NCBI GenBank assembly: GCA_038893835.1
Contig: JAWAQR010000015.1
Location: 1 to 29,954 of the forward strand
Length of the DNA: 29,954 bases
Direction of reading: 5' to 3'
Origin: Archaeoglobaceae archaeon
Lineage (GTDB): Archaea; Halobacteriota; Archaeoglobi; Archaeoglobales; Archaeoglobaceae
The translations under genes were made by a program, and so were the position numbers. Numbering within the stretch: position 1 is the stretch's first letter; every line of letters starts with the position of its first letter. The notes beneath the pieces were generated by a model. The model searched no databases and had not been told where the DNA came from. It worked only from the letters and a program-made list of their open reading frames with translations. Shown piece by piece: positions 9,342 through 18,623 of the stretch.

Positions 9342-11099
9342 ATGCGAATCGCTGTGGTGGATAAGGATAGATGTCAACCGAAAAAGTGTGGGCAGGAGTG
9401 TTTGAAGTACTGTCCAAAAGTTAGAACTGGAGATGAGACTGTTGTGATTACGGAGAAAGCAGTAATTGCAGAGGAGCTATGTGTTGGATGTGGAATATGC
9501 GTTAAAAAGTGTCCAATGAAAGCGATAAACATCGTTGGTTTGCCGAGAAGACTTGAGGGAATGGAGGTGCATCGATACGGAAGAAATGGCTTCATCCTTT
9601 ATAACCTCCCAGTTCCAAGAGTTGGTGCTGTGGTTGGGATTGTTGGAGCGAATGGGACTGGAAAGAGCACCGCAGTAAAAATACTTTCTGGACAGCTTAA
9701 ACCAAATCTTGGAAAGGATTATGCTGACTGGGATGAAATTCTTGAAAGATTTTCCGGAACTGAACTCATGGAATATCTGAAAAAGCTGAGGGATGGTAAA
9801 ATAAAGGCCAGCATTAAGCCGCAGTACATCGAAACAATTCCGAAGGTATTTAGAGGGAAGACAAGAGATTTGTTGGAGAAGTTTGATGAAAGAGATGTTT
9901 TTGATCTAGCCGTTGAAAGGCTAAATCTTAAAAATTCTTTAGATAGAAACCTTTCTGATTTAAGCGGTGGAGAACTGCAGAGGGTTGCAATTGCCGTTTG
10001 TTATATGAGAAATGCGGATTTTTACTTCTTCGACGAAATTACTCCGTATCTCGATATATATCAAAGGATTGCAGTTGCAAAAGTGATAAAAGAGCTTGCG
10101 AAAGAAAGACCTGTGATGATAGTTGAACACGACCTCGCGATCTTGGATATGCTTGCAGATTACGTTCACTTAACCTACGGTATTCCCGGAGTTTATGGTG
10201 TGTTCACAAATCCAAAATCTGCAAGAGTTGGAATAAATCAGTACCTTTCTGGTTATTTGGTTGAAGAGAACATTAGAATAAGAGAAAAGAGAATCGAATT
10301 TGAGGTTTTAAGACCAAGAGAAAGTGTTTCGGAAAAAGTGCTCGTTTATTATCCATCCTTTACAAAATCTTTTGACGGATTCAGGCTGTTTGTTGAGGGA
10401 GGAGATATAAGGGTTGGGGAGATACTTGGAATTGTAGGGGCAAACGCGATTGGAAAGTCCACTTTTGTAAAAGTGCTCGCTGGAGTTCTTGAGGATGATG
10501 AGAAAAAGTTAAAGCTGAATTTGAAGGTTAGCTACAAACCGCAATATCTGAAAGGGGACATTGAAGAGATTGTTGAGAATTTTCTCAGAAAGATAAATCC
10601 GGCTATAAACTCCTCTTATATAAAAACGGAGTTTTTAAAACCGATGGAAATAGAGGGATTGATGGACAGGAACATCTCTGATTTAAGCGGTGGAGAACTG
10701 CAGAGGGTTGCAATAGTTGCATGTCTTTTAAGGGAAGCGGATCTTTACTTACTAGACGAGCCTACAGCACATTTGGATGTTGAGCAAAGAAATGAGGCTG
10801 CCAGAGTGATAAGGAGATTTGCTCTTAACAATTCGAAGAGCGTTTTGGTCGTGGATCATGATATATACTTCATCGACATGGTCAGCGATAGAATAATGCT
10901 CTTCGACGGCATTCCAGGAAAGGAGGGGATTGCTAGAAAGGCTTTGGGAATGAGAGAAGGTATGAACGCATTTCTCTCCAAGCTTGGAATCACTTTCAGA
11001 AGAGATGAAGAGACAAAAAGGCCTAGGGTTAATAAATTCGACTCCAGACTTGACAGAGAGCAGAAGGCAGTTGGAGAGTATTATTATTACCGCCTGTGA
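9342..11099 (+). CDS. Ribosome recycling ATPase ABCE1 (RLI1)
   Basis: N-terminal two-cluster Fe-S domain (CQPKKC...C...CP; CVGCGIC...CP), two NBDs (GANGTGKS, GANAIGKS, two LSGGELQR), TFRRD...RPRVNK hinge. Confidence 0.98.
   Translation: MRIAVVDKDRCQPKKCGQECLKYCPKVRTGDETVVITEKAVIAEELCVGCGICVKKCPMKAINIVGLPRRLEGMEVHRYGRNGFILYNLPVPRVGAVVGIVGANGTGKSTAVKILSGQLKPNLGKDYADWDEILERFSGTELMEYLKKLRDGKIKASIKPQYIETIPKVFRGKTRDLLEKFDERDVFDLAVERLNLKNSLDRNLSDLSGGELQRVAIAVCYMRNADFYFFDEITPYLDIYQRIAVAKVIKELAKERPVMIVEHDLAILDMLADYVHLTYGIPGVYGVFTNPKSARVGINQYLSGYLVEENIRIREKRIEFEVLRPRESVSEKVLVYYPSFTKSFDGFRLFVEGGDIRVGEILGIVGANAIGKSTFVKVLAGVLEDDEKKLKLNLKVSYKPQYLKGDIEEIVENFLRKINPAINSSYIKTEFLKPMEIEGLMDRNISDLSGGELQRVAIVACLLREADLYLLDEPTAHLDVEQRNEAARVIRRFALNNSKSVLVVDHDIYFIDMVSDRIMLFDGIPGKEGIARKALGMREGMNAFLSKLGITFRRDEETKRPRVNKFDSRLDREQKAVGEYYYYRL
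9954..9991 (+). repeat. 38-nt exact direct repeat, copy 1 (ABCE1 NBD1 signature)
   Basis: tctgatttaagcggtggagaactgcagagggttgcaat, identical to 10677-10714. Confidence 0.95.
10677..10714 (+). repeat. 38-nt exact direct repeat, copy 2 (ABCE1 NBD2 signature)
   Basis: Identical to 9954-9991. Confidence 0.95.
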
Positions 11100-11764
11100 T
11101 TCTCTATAATTCTTGCATTTCTCTCACTTCCAACTATTACCGCATCTATCAACTTGGATGGAAAAAGCCCAGTCTCTATGACTCCGGGAATAGATTTTAT
11201 TTTCCTATCAACTTCCTCTGGATCCAATATGACTCCGAAATCGCAGTCAACGATGAAATTTCCGTTGTCAGTTATTATTGGCCCAACTTTTCCCTTTCCT
11301 TCTCTTAACTTCGGTTTGCAGAATTCTGAAAGTCTTCGAAAAACGAAACCATAGGCGAAGGGTAAAACTTCAACAGGAATGCTCATTGTCAGCTTTTCTG
11401 ATAGTTTTGATTCATCCACAAGGATAACAACTTTTTTGCTGGCAGACGCAACTATTTTCTCCCTAGTCATTGCACCACCGCCACCTTTGATACAATTTAG
11501 CCGAGAATCAACTTGATCTGCCCCATCTATGCATATTTCTGGCTCCTTTTCTATGAGATCAACGATTTCGATACCATTTCTGGCTGCAGAAAGCATGGAC
11601 TGATAGCTGCTTGGCACACCATAAATCTTTAGTCCCTCTTTCTTTATCTTTTCTCCAAGTAAGTTCAAGAAGACTTCAACTGTGCTTCCTGAGCCTATGC
11701 CTATTGTCATTCCATCTACGATCAATTCTAGGGCTAGCTTAGAGGCGTTGAGCTTCCCATTCAT
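11087..11764 (-). CDS. rpiA: Ribose-5-phosphate isomerase A
   Basis: GIGSGST, IDGADQVD, IKGGGGAMTREK, VEVLPF, ITDNGNFIVD. Confidence 0.96.
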   Translation of the reverse strand: MNGKLNASKLALELIVDGMTIGIGSGSTVEVFLNLLGEKIKKEGLKIYGVPSSYQSMLSAARNGIEIVDLIEKEPEICIDGADQVDSRLNCIKGGGGAMTREKIVASASKKVVILVDESKLSEKLTMSIPVEVLPFAYGFVFRRLSEFCKPKLREGKGKVGPIITDNGNFIVDCDFGVILDPEEVDRKIKSIPGVIETGLFPSKLIDAVIVGSERNARIIENHRR

Positions 11765-12515
11765 CTTCCCATCCTTCTAGGGTTTTTGAAGATGTTACAT
11801 CCAAAGAAATTGGGGTGATTGAAACAAAACCCTTTCTGAGCGCATCAAGATCGCTCCCCTCTTCAGCCCTTTCTATTTCTATTCCATGGATCCAGTAGTA
11901 TTCCCTCCCTCTGGGGTCAAGCCTTTTTTCAACACTCGTCTTATACATTTTCCTTGCAAGCCTGGTTATCTTTATTTTACCATTGAAGTTCTTGGGTACG
12001 TTTACGTTTAGAACATCCACTCCTTCTGGTAAACCATCTCTGAGCACCTTTCTCGCAACCCATTTCAAAACCTTCTTTGCATTTTCAAAGTCTCCCTCAA
12101 ATGTTGGCTCAAATTTTTCTCTGTCATTCATCTCCATTGAAATCGCTATCGCTTTACTTCCCTGTGTTGCAGCTTCAAGTGCTGAGCAGACAGTTCCTGA
12201 AGTTGTCACAGCTTCTGTTGACAAGTTTTCTCCCAAATTTATTCCGCAAACGGTGAGTTCTGGAATTCTGCCCATTATCGCATAAATGCCCAAGATCACA
12301 GCATCTGTAGGCGTGCCATCGATGGCATAAGCCTTTATTCCATCTATCTTCATTTCGTAAATTCTAACAGGACGCATTATTGAAATACTCCTACCTACTG
12401 CACTCATTTGCGCGATTGGGGCTACTATTACAACTTCATCCAACTCGACCAGAGTTTCATAAGCTGCCTTCAATCCAGCAGAATGAATTCCGTCATCGTT
12501 TGTAAGAAGAATCAT
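11739..12515 (-). CDS. surE: 5'/3'-nucleotidase SurE
   Basis: ILLTNDDG, GTPTD, GINLGEN, SGTV, DPRGREYYW, VSITP. Confidence 0.96.
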   Translation of the reverse strand: MILLTNDDGIHSAGLKAAYETLVELDEVVIVAPIAQMSAVGRSISIMRPVRIYEMKIDGIKAYAIDGTPTDAVILGIYAIMGRIPELTVCGINLGENLSTEAVTTSGTVCSALEAATQGSKAIAISMEMNDREKFEPTFEGDFENAKKVLKWVARKVLRDGLPEGVDVLNVNVPKNFNGKIKITRLARKMYKTSVEKRLDPRGREYYWIHGIEIERAEEGSDLDALRKGFVSITPISLDVTSSKTLEGWEDEWEAQRL

Positions 12516-12883
12516 ATTTCCCTCTCTTTCCTTTCTATCATCATCGCTATCTCATTTACATCTTCAGCCCTTATCTTTATCACCGCTTTAATCCCCTTTT
12601 CATCTGCGAGTTTTTTCAACCTTTCGGAATGTATTAAAAGCTGGGAAACGACATAGCTTTTAAGCAAAAAGAAGTTTCTTCTTGCAAAATCCTCGCCAAT
12701 TTCTCCTTTATGAAATGATTCGATTATTCTTTCACAATCTCTCTCGAAAAGTCTTCTAACGTTCTCGTAATCCAGCAATTCCGGAATCAGAGAGTACTCA
12801 CCTTTTAGAACTCTACCTATCATGTCCAAATAGGAGTTGACAAACATCTGCTTCACCATGGTTGATTTGTCATTCTGATTCAA
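12512..12883 (-). CDS. Hypothetical protein
   Basis: ORF fills the gap in a co-oriented run and its stop overlaps the surE start. Start is TTG 12883 or ATG 12859. Confidence 0.75.
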   Translation of the reverse strand: MNQNDKSTMVKQMFVNSYLDMIGRVLKGEYSLIPELLDYENVRRLFERDCERIIESFHKGEIGEDFARRNFFLLKSYVVSQLLIHSERLKKLADEKGIKAVIKIRAEDVNEIAMMIERKEREI

Positions 12884-12886
12884 AAG

Positions 12887-13699
12887 CTATTCGGAGAACT
12901 GCATTATTGTCCCCTTTTTTCTTGCTCTATCTAATGCCCATAGGTAAAGTAAGAAGAGGGAAATTATGGCTAAAAAGCTTAGGGAGTATCCAATTGCCAG
13001 AGGATTTTGGAAAGTTGTTTCAAAGCCATAGAAACTTCTGTAATACTCTAGGAAATGGGTCAGGGGTATGATGTAGGAGAAAATTCTGAAAAATTCTGGA
13101 AGCAAAGAAATTGGATAATAAATCCCGCACAAGAGCATGAAGATGGCAGAGAGAGTCCATGCAAATATTTCAGCTCTGTAGCCAAATATCAGGAGTAGGG
13201 AACAGGTTATCATACCAATTATCTTAGCCGAAATGAAAACACCAAAAAGGAAAAGGATGAGACTAGGAAGTGGTATTAGGAGATCGACGTTAAAAAGAAT
13301 TCTACTAGCGATGAAAAGAATCATGAAAGTTATTACTCCTCTTGAAATTCCGAAAAGCCAAGAACCGAGGAGCATGTTCCAGCTGCTTATCGGAGAAACA
13401 AAAGTATATCTGAGACTTTTGCTCCAGATGTCAAAGAGTAAAACATAAGCAACATCGAGCTGCGATACTTGTAAAATGCTGAAAGTCACGGCCCCTATCA
13501 AAATGAAGGCAAAGTATTCTTTGCTGAGATTTATATAAGTGCCCATAAGCCCTACTGATATTAGCCCGATGACTGGCCAGAATAAGGTTTCAAAGATCGT
13601 GAAGAAGTTTCTCCTCGTTATTATAAAGTTTCTGTAAGCGAAGCCGAGAGTTTTGTAAACCTCACTTCGCAAGCTTGTTGAAAACGTCTTCAAGGTCAA
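12887..13699 (-). CDS. ABC-2 type exporter permease
   Basis: About six hydrophobic segments; GIYYPISLLP...IPLTHFLE motif. Confidence 0.9.
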   Translation of the reverse strand: MTLKTFSTSLRSEVYKTLGFAYRNFIITRRNFFTIFETLFWPVIGLISVGLMGTYINLSKEYFAFILIGAVTFSILQVSQLDVAYVLLFDIWSKSLRYTFVSPISSWNMLLGSWLFGISRGVITFMILFIASRILFNVDLLIPLPSLILFLFGVFISAKIIGMITCSLLLIFGYRAEIFAWTLSAIFMLLCGIYYPISLLPEFFRIFSYIIPLTHFLEYYRSFYGFETTFQNPLAIGYSLSFLAIISLFLLYLWALDRARKKGTIMQFSE

Positions 13700-14579
13700 C
13701 TTCCTTCACCACCATGTTTTTAATCTTTCCAAAATATGAAATTTCTTTTAGAACATCCCAAAGTCTTTTTTCAATGCTGTCGACGTAAATTGAATAAATG
13801 TTTTCATTTTTTTCAACCAAATACACTCCCTCTATCGCTTTCAGTCTTTCCTCTGGAACTTCTGCATCAAGTTCAACCGTTATCTTATCTCTCATCTTAA
13901 GCATTTCCTTAAGATCCTCCTTCGTCCCATTTGCAACTATTTCTCCATTGTTTATGAACGCAATCCTCTTACACAACATTTCAGCCTCGCTCATGTAGTG
14001 TGTGGTTAAAACAACTGTTATTCCAAGATCTCTCTGCATCGTAAGAATCTTCTCTCTCAACCTACGTGCGATTGGTGGATCCAAGCCTTTTGTTGGCTCA
14101 TCGAGAAAAACAAGTTCAGGATTGTTTACAAAAGCTCTTGCAAGTATCAGTTTTTGCTTGTTTCCTGTTGAGAGCTTGTTGAATTCAACGTTTCTAAACT
14201 CTTCAAGTTCAAACTCTTTGATCAAATTTTCAACAACCCTTCTATCTCTAATTCCATAAAGCATGGCATAATAGCGCAGATTCTCATAAACCGTTAAACT
14301 CCAAATTAGATTCGGATTCCCGCTGGCAATATTTATTCTCTTCCTTATCTCCCTAGCATCCCTGATCGAGTCAAATCCAAGAACTTCAACTCTTCCTTTA
14401 GTTTGCTTTAGTAAAGTCGCCATTATTGAAACTAGCGTAGTCTTTCCAGCTCCATTTGGACCGAGAAGACCAAAGATTTTACCCTTTGGTATTCGGAGAT
14501 TGATGTCCTTTAGAGCAACTTTTTCAGAGAACAATGAACGGTATATCATCCAAACATTCTCACAGATTATGGCATCCAC
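13662..14579 (-). CDS. ABC transporter ATP-binding protein (DrrA-like exporter type)
   Basis: GPNGAGKT, LSTGNKQK, FLDEPT, TTHYM. Confidence 0.95.
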   Translation of the reverse strand: MDAIICENVWMIYRSLFSEKVALKDINLRIPKGKIFGLLGPNGAGKTTLVSIMATLLKQTKGRVEVLGFDSIRDAREIRKRINIASGNPNLIWSLTVYENLRYYAMLYGIRDRRVVENLIKEFELEEFRNVEFNKLSTGNKQKLILARAFVNNPELVFLDEPTKGLDPPIARRLREKILTMQRDLGITVVLTTHYMSEAEMLCKRIAFINNGEIVANGTKEDLKEMLKMRDKITVELDAEVPEERLKAIEGVYLVEKNENIYSIYVDSIEKRLWDVLKEISYFGKIKNMVVKEVDLEDVFNKLAK

Positions 14580-14581
14580 AT

Positions 14582-15346
14582 TTAGCGTTGATCTTGTGTT
14601 TTAAAATTTCTTTCCAAATAGTCCTTTGCAAGCATTGCAGCACCTTTTGCAACAGCAAAATCATCCTTTATGACTTTAAACTCAGGTTTGAAGACTTCGG
14701 GAATCAATTTGGAAATTTCGGAGCTCAAAATTCTTTCATCTAGCCTTCCTCCTATTCTACCCCCAAAAGTAACGATTTCGGGATTCAAAAGCATTATAGC
14801 AGTTGCAACGCCATTGCAGAAAAATCTAAAGCCCTTACTCTCATATATACTCCTATCCTCAACTCTCTTTCTAACATCTCTAATTGCCCAACCACCAAAA
14901 TAACACTCCAGATGTCCATAACCACCGCATCTGCACTTTCTTCTTCCACCAACAAAGGTATGTCCAAGTTCTCCGGCAAGTCCATCGCCTTTGTAAAGCT
15001 TCCCATCTATCACAATTCCCGTTCCAATTCCAGTTCCAACTGTAAATGCGAGCACGTTCTTCTTTCCAGTCATTTTTGATGAATAATATGCAAAGCACTT
15101 CGCATCGTTTTCTACGATTTTTGGTTTATCTGTCTCTATCGATGGGATTCTTTTGAGATTTGGAGCATGGACTATCTTTCCTTTTTTGAACCATGCTGCA
15201 ATACTAACTCCAATCATCTCATAATCAACTTCTATTTTTTTTAAATCGAATTCTTCAGTTCTAAAGCTTCCTATAATTTCAAATTCTCCATCTCTGAGTA
15301 TGACTACATCTGTATTTGTCCCACCTATGTCTAAACCCAAGATCAT
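14582..15346 (-). CDS. ROK-family sugar kinase (glucokinase-like)
   Basis: LDIGGT, ENDA, VGTGIGTG, GELGH...CRCG..GHLE; start ATG 15346. Confidence 0.9.
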   Translation of the reverse strand: MILGLDIGGTNTDVVILRDGEFEIIGSFRTEEFDLKKIEVDYEMIGVSIAAWFKKGKIVHAPNLKRIPSIETDKPKIVENDAKCFAYYSSKMTGKKNVLAFTVGTGIGTGIVIDGKLYKGDGLAGELGHTFVGGRRKCRCGGYGHLECYFGGWAIRDVRKRVEDRSIYESKGFRFFCNGVATAIMLLNPEIVTFGGRIGGRLDERILSSEISKLIPEVFKPEFKVIKDDFAVAKGAAMLAKDYLERNFKTQDQR

Positions 15347-15360
15347 GAAAATAGGAAGCG

Positions 15361-15373
15361 TTATTAAATATAA
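15361..15373. promoter_or_regulatory. Overlapping bidirectional TATA element
   Basis: TTATTAAATATAA in a 41-nt divergent intergenic region, with box starts about 27 nt from each ATG. Confidence 0.55.
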
Positions 15374-15387
15374 TCGCAACTCGAATT

Positions 15388-15993
15388 ATGAGACTTAGTT
15401 TGAAGGAAGGTGAGAAGGCAGTAAAGCTTGCAAGAAAGGCGATTGAAGAATACTTGGAAACTAGAAAGGTGATAAAGGATAGACTTGAAGGGGTTTTTTC
15501 AGAAAAAAGGGGTGTTTTTACCACTTTGATCAAGCATGGTGAGTTAAGGGGATGTATAGGTTTTCCCTATCCCATAAAAAGGCTGGATGAGGCTATAATT
15601 GAATCGGCAATAGCTGCTGCTGTGGACGATCCAAGATTTGAACCTGTTCGAAGGTCTGAGATGGAGGAAATAATCGTGGAAGTCACGGTATTAACTGAAC
15701 CGGAAAAAATAAACGCAAAACCAAAGGATTTACCAAAATTCGTGGAAATCGGGAGACATGGGCTGATGGTTAGAAAAGGTCTCTTTTCAGGTCTTTTGCT
15801 TCCCCAAGTTGCAGTAGAATATGGCTTCGATGCAGAGGAATTTTTAACCCAAACTTGCATAAAAGCAGGTCTACCACCGGATTGTTGGCTTACAGGGGCT
15901 GAAGTATACAGGTTTGAAGGTCAGATATTTAAGGAAGTTGAGCCTAAAGGGGATGTTGTGGAAGTTGACATAAAAAGTTGTGCAAGTCCTTAA
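15388..15993 (+). CDS. AMMECR1-domain protein
   Basis: GVFTTL...[28 protein letters not shown]. Confidence 0.95.
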   Translation: MRLSLKEGEKAVKLARKAIEEYLETRKVIKDRLEGVFSEKRGVFTTLIKHGELRGCIGFPYPIKRLDEAIIESAIAAAVDDPRFEPVRRSEMEEIIVEVTVLTEPEKINAKPKDLPKFVEIGRHGLMVRKGLFSGLLLPQVAVEYGFDAEEFLTQTCIKAGLPPDCWLTGAEVYRFEGQIFKEVEPKGDVVEVDIKSCASP

Positions 15994-16895
15994 AGAGAAA
16001 TCAAGCCCAATTTGAACATTTCATTACTCGTAAAAATCTTTAGACCAGATTTTCTGAGAGCTTCAACAGTTCTAAGCGTATCTTCGATGAGTCTAAGCAT
16101 TTCATCCTTTTCTTCAGGAATTCTGCCATGGACTCCAGTAAAGACAACACCGCGATCCGTAAATAGATAATTTGATACGTGGTCGCATGTGAAGTATGTC
16201 TCCACTTTTATTCCCTCTATTAATTTTCCAAGCTCTTTCAGCTGCTCTTCAGCGGTTAAAGGCTTAACAAGACTTTCCATTTCAGGATTCGTCATTGTGA
16301 GGTTTCTTATCCTTACAAAAGTAGGTCTGGCCTCGTTTATAACTTTTGCGGTATTCTTTGCATGTTCTTCACTTCTTTCCCTACCACCAAGTCCGGTTAT
16401 TACGTAATAAGTTGTTTCAAAGTATTTTCTAGCCTTTTTCCCAGCTTTTATTGCATCTTCAGCTCTTATTCCTTTTTTAACCATTTTCAGGACTTCATCG
16501 TCACCACTTTCAAGACCCATATGAAGTCTCGTTAATCCAGCCTGCTTTAATTCCTTGAGTCTTTCTTCAGGTAAGTTTGCGATCGTTTTTATTCTTGCAT
16601 ATGCTGTGATTCTCTCAATTTCCGGTCTCTTGGCTTTTAAATATCTGATTATTTCCACGATGTCTTTATGTATGAGCGGATTTGAATCGCCGAGAAAAGC
16701 GCTTTTCTTTTTTGAAAAATACTTCGGAATCTCGTCTATATCCCTCATTATCTCATCCTTTAACCTCTGTTCAAACTTCATGTTCTTGTACATCGAGCAA
16801 AATGCACACTTATTCCAGTTGCATCCCCTTACAACGCGAATGAGGTAACTGAATGCCTCGCTTGGTGGACGATAAGGCGGAAGTTCCATATTCAC
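15990..16895 (-). CDS. Radical SAM protein of unknown function
   Basis: YRPPSEA...[13 protein letters not shown] (Cx4Cx2C), GLESG, DHVSN. Confidence 0.9.
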   Translation of the reverse strand: MNMELPPYRPPSEAFSYLIRVVRGCNWNKCAFCSMYKNMKFEQRLKDEIMRDIDEIPKYFSKKKSAFLGDSNPLIHKDIVEIIRYLKAKRPEIERITAYARIKTIANLPEERLKELKQAGLTRLHMGLESGDDEVLKMVKKGIRAEDAIKAGKKARKYFETTYYVITGLGGRERSEEHAKNTAKVINEARPTFVRIRNLTMTNPEMESLVKPLTAEEQLKELGKLIEGIKVETYFTCDHVSNYLFTDRGVVFTGVHGRIPEEKDEMLRLIEDTLRTVEALRKSGLKIFTSNEMFKLGLISL

Positions 16896-17200
16896 CGCCT
16901 CAGGCTAAATCTTTTGAAATGTAAATTTGCCAGAGCTTTTAACCACATTTCCGCTTCATAGCTAACTTCTTCACTTAGTTTAACTACTCTATCGTCAACG
17001 TATCCATGGAACTCCTCATCTACGTAGAACTCGATTCTATCCTTCCCTATTACCACTTTGATCGGGTCATCGTATATCACGAGTTTCTCTCCTTCATTTT
17101 CGAGTATTTTGCTTAAACTTTCAAATGAGGCGAAGATTTTTTTGGCATAATCTGTTAGCATGATCAAAGTGTTCAAAAACATAAAAAATCTTTTCCTCAA
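16892..17200 (-). CDS. Hypothetical protein
   Basis: ORF overlapping both neighbours by 4 nt; start uncertain. Confidence 0.7.
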   Translation of the reverse strand: MRKRFFMFLNTLIMLTDYAKKIFASFESLSKILENEGEKLVIYDDPIKVVIGKDRIEFYVDEEFHGYVDDRVVKLSEEVSYEAEMWLKALANLHFKRFSLRR

Positions 17201-17544
17201 ATCGCATCTTTTAATCTTTCCAGATCTTTTATTGCCTCGTCAAGTATTTCCTTTTCCACAATTTTCTCTAATTCCTCTCTTCCCATTTCTTCAAGAATTC
17301 GGATATACCTTTTGAAGTCTGAAATTATCGCAATGGCAGAGTTTGGGTCTTTTATCGCATAACTCATCCCCACAATTCTGCCAAGTAAATAAGAGGCAAA
17401 TACCAGCTCTAAATTTGAAAACCTCTGAGTAAGCATTTTTAACATATCATCATCTTTCAGCCTGTTCTTTATCATCCACACGATTTCAGCAAAGATCTTC
17501 GCAGCACTCTTTGCAGAGATGCCAATGGATTTGTACAAAGCCAT
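17197..17544 (-). CDS. Hypothetical protein
   Basis: 115-aa ATG-started helical ORF at the head of a co-oriented run. Confidence 0.75.
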   Translation of the reverse strand: MALYKSIGISAKSAAKIFAEIVWMIKNRLKDDDMLKMLTQRFSNLELVFASYLLGRIVGMSYAIKDPNSAIAIISDFKRYIRILEEMGREELEKIVEKEILDEAIKDLERLKDAI

Positions 17545-17601
17545 GGATCATTTTCTTCTTCTACAAAAAACTTTTTTCCCACGAAAGGTGATGTATTAAA
17601 A

Positions 17602-18006
17602 ATGGTTGAAGAAATTAAATGGCAAGATTTTGAAATAGAAGTTAGAAAGATTTGTGAAGAGCATGGATTTAGGACATCCTTCAGAGAAATATTTAGGGAT
17701 GAAATTGGAAAGGCTGAAATCGACGTGATAGCTGAGAGAGGAAAAATTCTACTATGCATAGATGCAAAAATGTATTCGAAGCATCGTTATAGAGTTTCAC
17801 AGCTTAAAAGAGAAGCAAAGAAACATGTGGAGCGTTGTAGGAGATTCTCAAAGATAAAGGGAAAGAAAGCCATCCCGGTTATAATAACGTTTATAGATGA
17901 TTTTGTTTATTATTATGAGGGTTGTATAATTGTCCCTTTTAATTCTTTTAACCATTTTCTTACTGAAATATACTATTATTTATCTGAATTTGGTTATTTT
18001 CCATAA
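17602..18006 (+). CDS. PD-(D/E)xK restriction-endonuclease-like protein
   Basis: WQDFE...GF...EIDVIA...IDAK pattern; GGTGAT Shine-Dalgarno upstream. Confidence 0.8.
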   Translation: MVEEIKWQDFEIEVRKICEEHGFRTSFREIFRDEIGKAEIDVIAERGKILLCIDAKMYSKHRYRVSQLKREAKKHVERCRRFSKIKGKKAIPVIITFIDDFVYYYEGCIIVPFNSFNHFLTEIYYYLSEFGYFP

Positions 18007-18623
18007 AACTCATTTTTTAATCCTTCGAAAACGAATTCGACCCCTATTGCTGCTAGAAAAATTGCTAGGACTTTTGCAATTATATCTGCGCCACTTTTTC
18101 CAAGCAACTTTATTATCGGTTCCGTATACAAATGACTGAGCCTTACAAAGATGTAAACGAGAACTGCGCTGAAAATTACAAGGGATTTTGAAATGACATC
18201 TTCAGCCTGGGAGAACATAACTATTCCAGCCGTTATTGCCCCAGGTCCGGTATAGAGAGGGAGAGCTAGAGGAAATACGGCTACGGAATCAACATCTGCA
18301 CTCTCCTTGGCCCTTCTTTTATACCTCTCTCTCCCCATTCTGCCCAGAAGAATGTCGACGGAAATTATGAAAAGCAGAACTCCTCCAGCAACTCTCAAGC
18401 TGTTTATGGAAACGTGAAAGAGTGTCAAAATTTTTTCGCCGAATATTGTTGTGAAAAGTAGAATTAGGAGAGCGATGAGAGTTGCTCTCTTGGATATCTT
18501 TTGCCTCATCTCCTCATCAAACTTATCCGTGAGCGCTACGAAGAAGGGCAAATTTCCTGGAGGGTCTATGATGATGAAAAAAGTTATGAAGCATTTTAGG
18601 AAAAAGATCAGATAGTGTTCCAT
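17994..18623 (-). CDS. MarC-family membrane protein
   Basis: IIDPPGNLP, SLRVAGG, FPLALPLYTGPGAI. Confidence 0.93.
   Translation of the reverse strand: MEHYLIFFLKCFITFFIIIDPPGNLPFFVALTDKFDEEMRQKISKRATLIALLILLFTTIFGEKILTLFHVSINSLRVAGGVLLFIISVDILLGRMGRERYKRRAKESADVDSVAVFPLALPLYTGPGAITAGIVMFSQAEDVISKSLVIFSAVLVYIFVRLSHLYTEPIIKLLGKSGADIIAKVLAIFLAAIGVEFVFEGLKNEFYGK

Noticed and set aside
9280-9417. N-terminal extension of the RibBA ORF overlapping ABCE1
   Set aside because: It overlaps the divergent ABCE1 start and the AT-rich promoter region; RibB-like sequence begins at ATG 9279.
15388-16895. AMMECR1 next to a radical SAM gene as an AmmeMemoRadiSam system
   Set aside because: The genes are convergent, no MEMO-family gene is in the window, and this radical SAM protein (RPPSEA, Cx4Cx2C) does not resemble the AmrS type.
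17602-18006. Nuclease as part of a restriction-modification or defence island
   Set aside because: No methyltransferase, ATPase, integrase or obvious compositional shift nearby; it is embedded among housekeeping-like genes.
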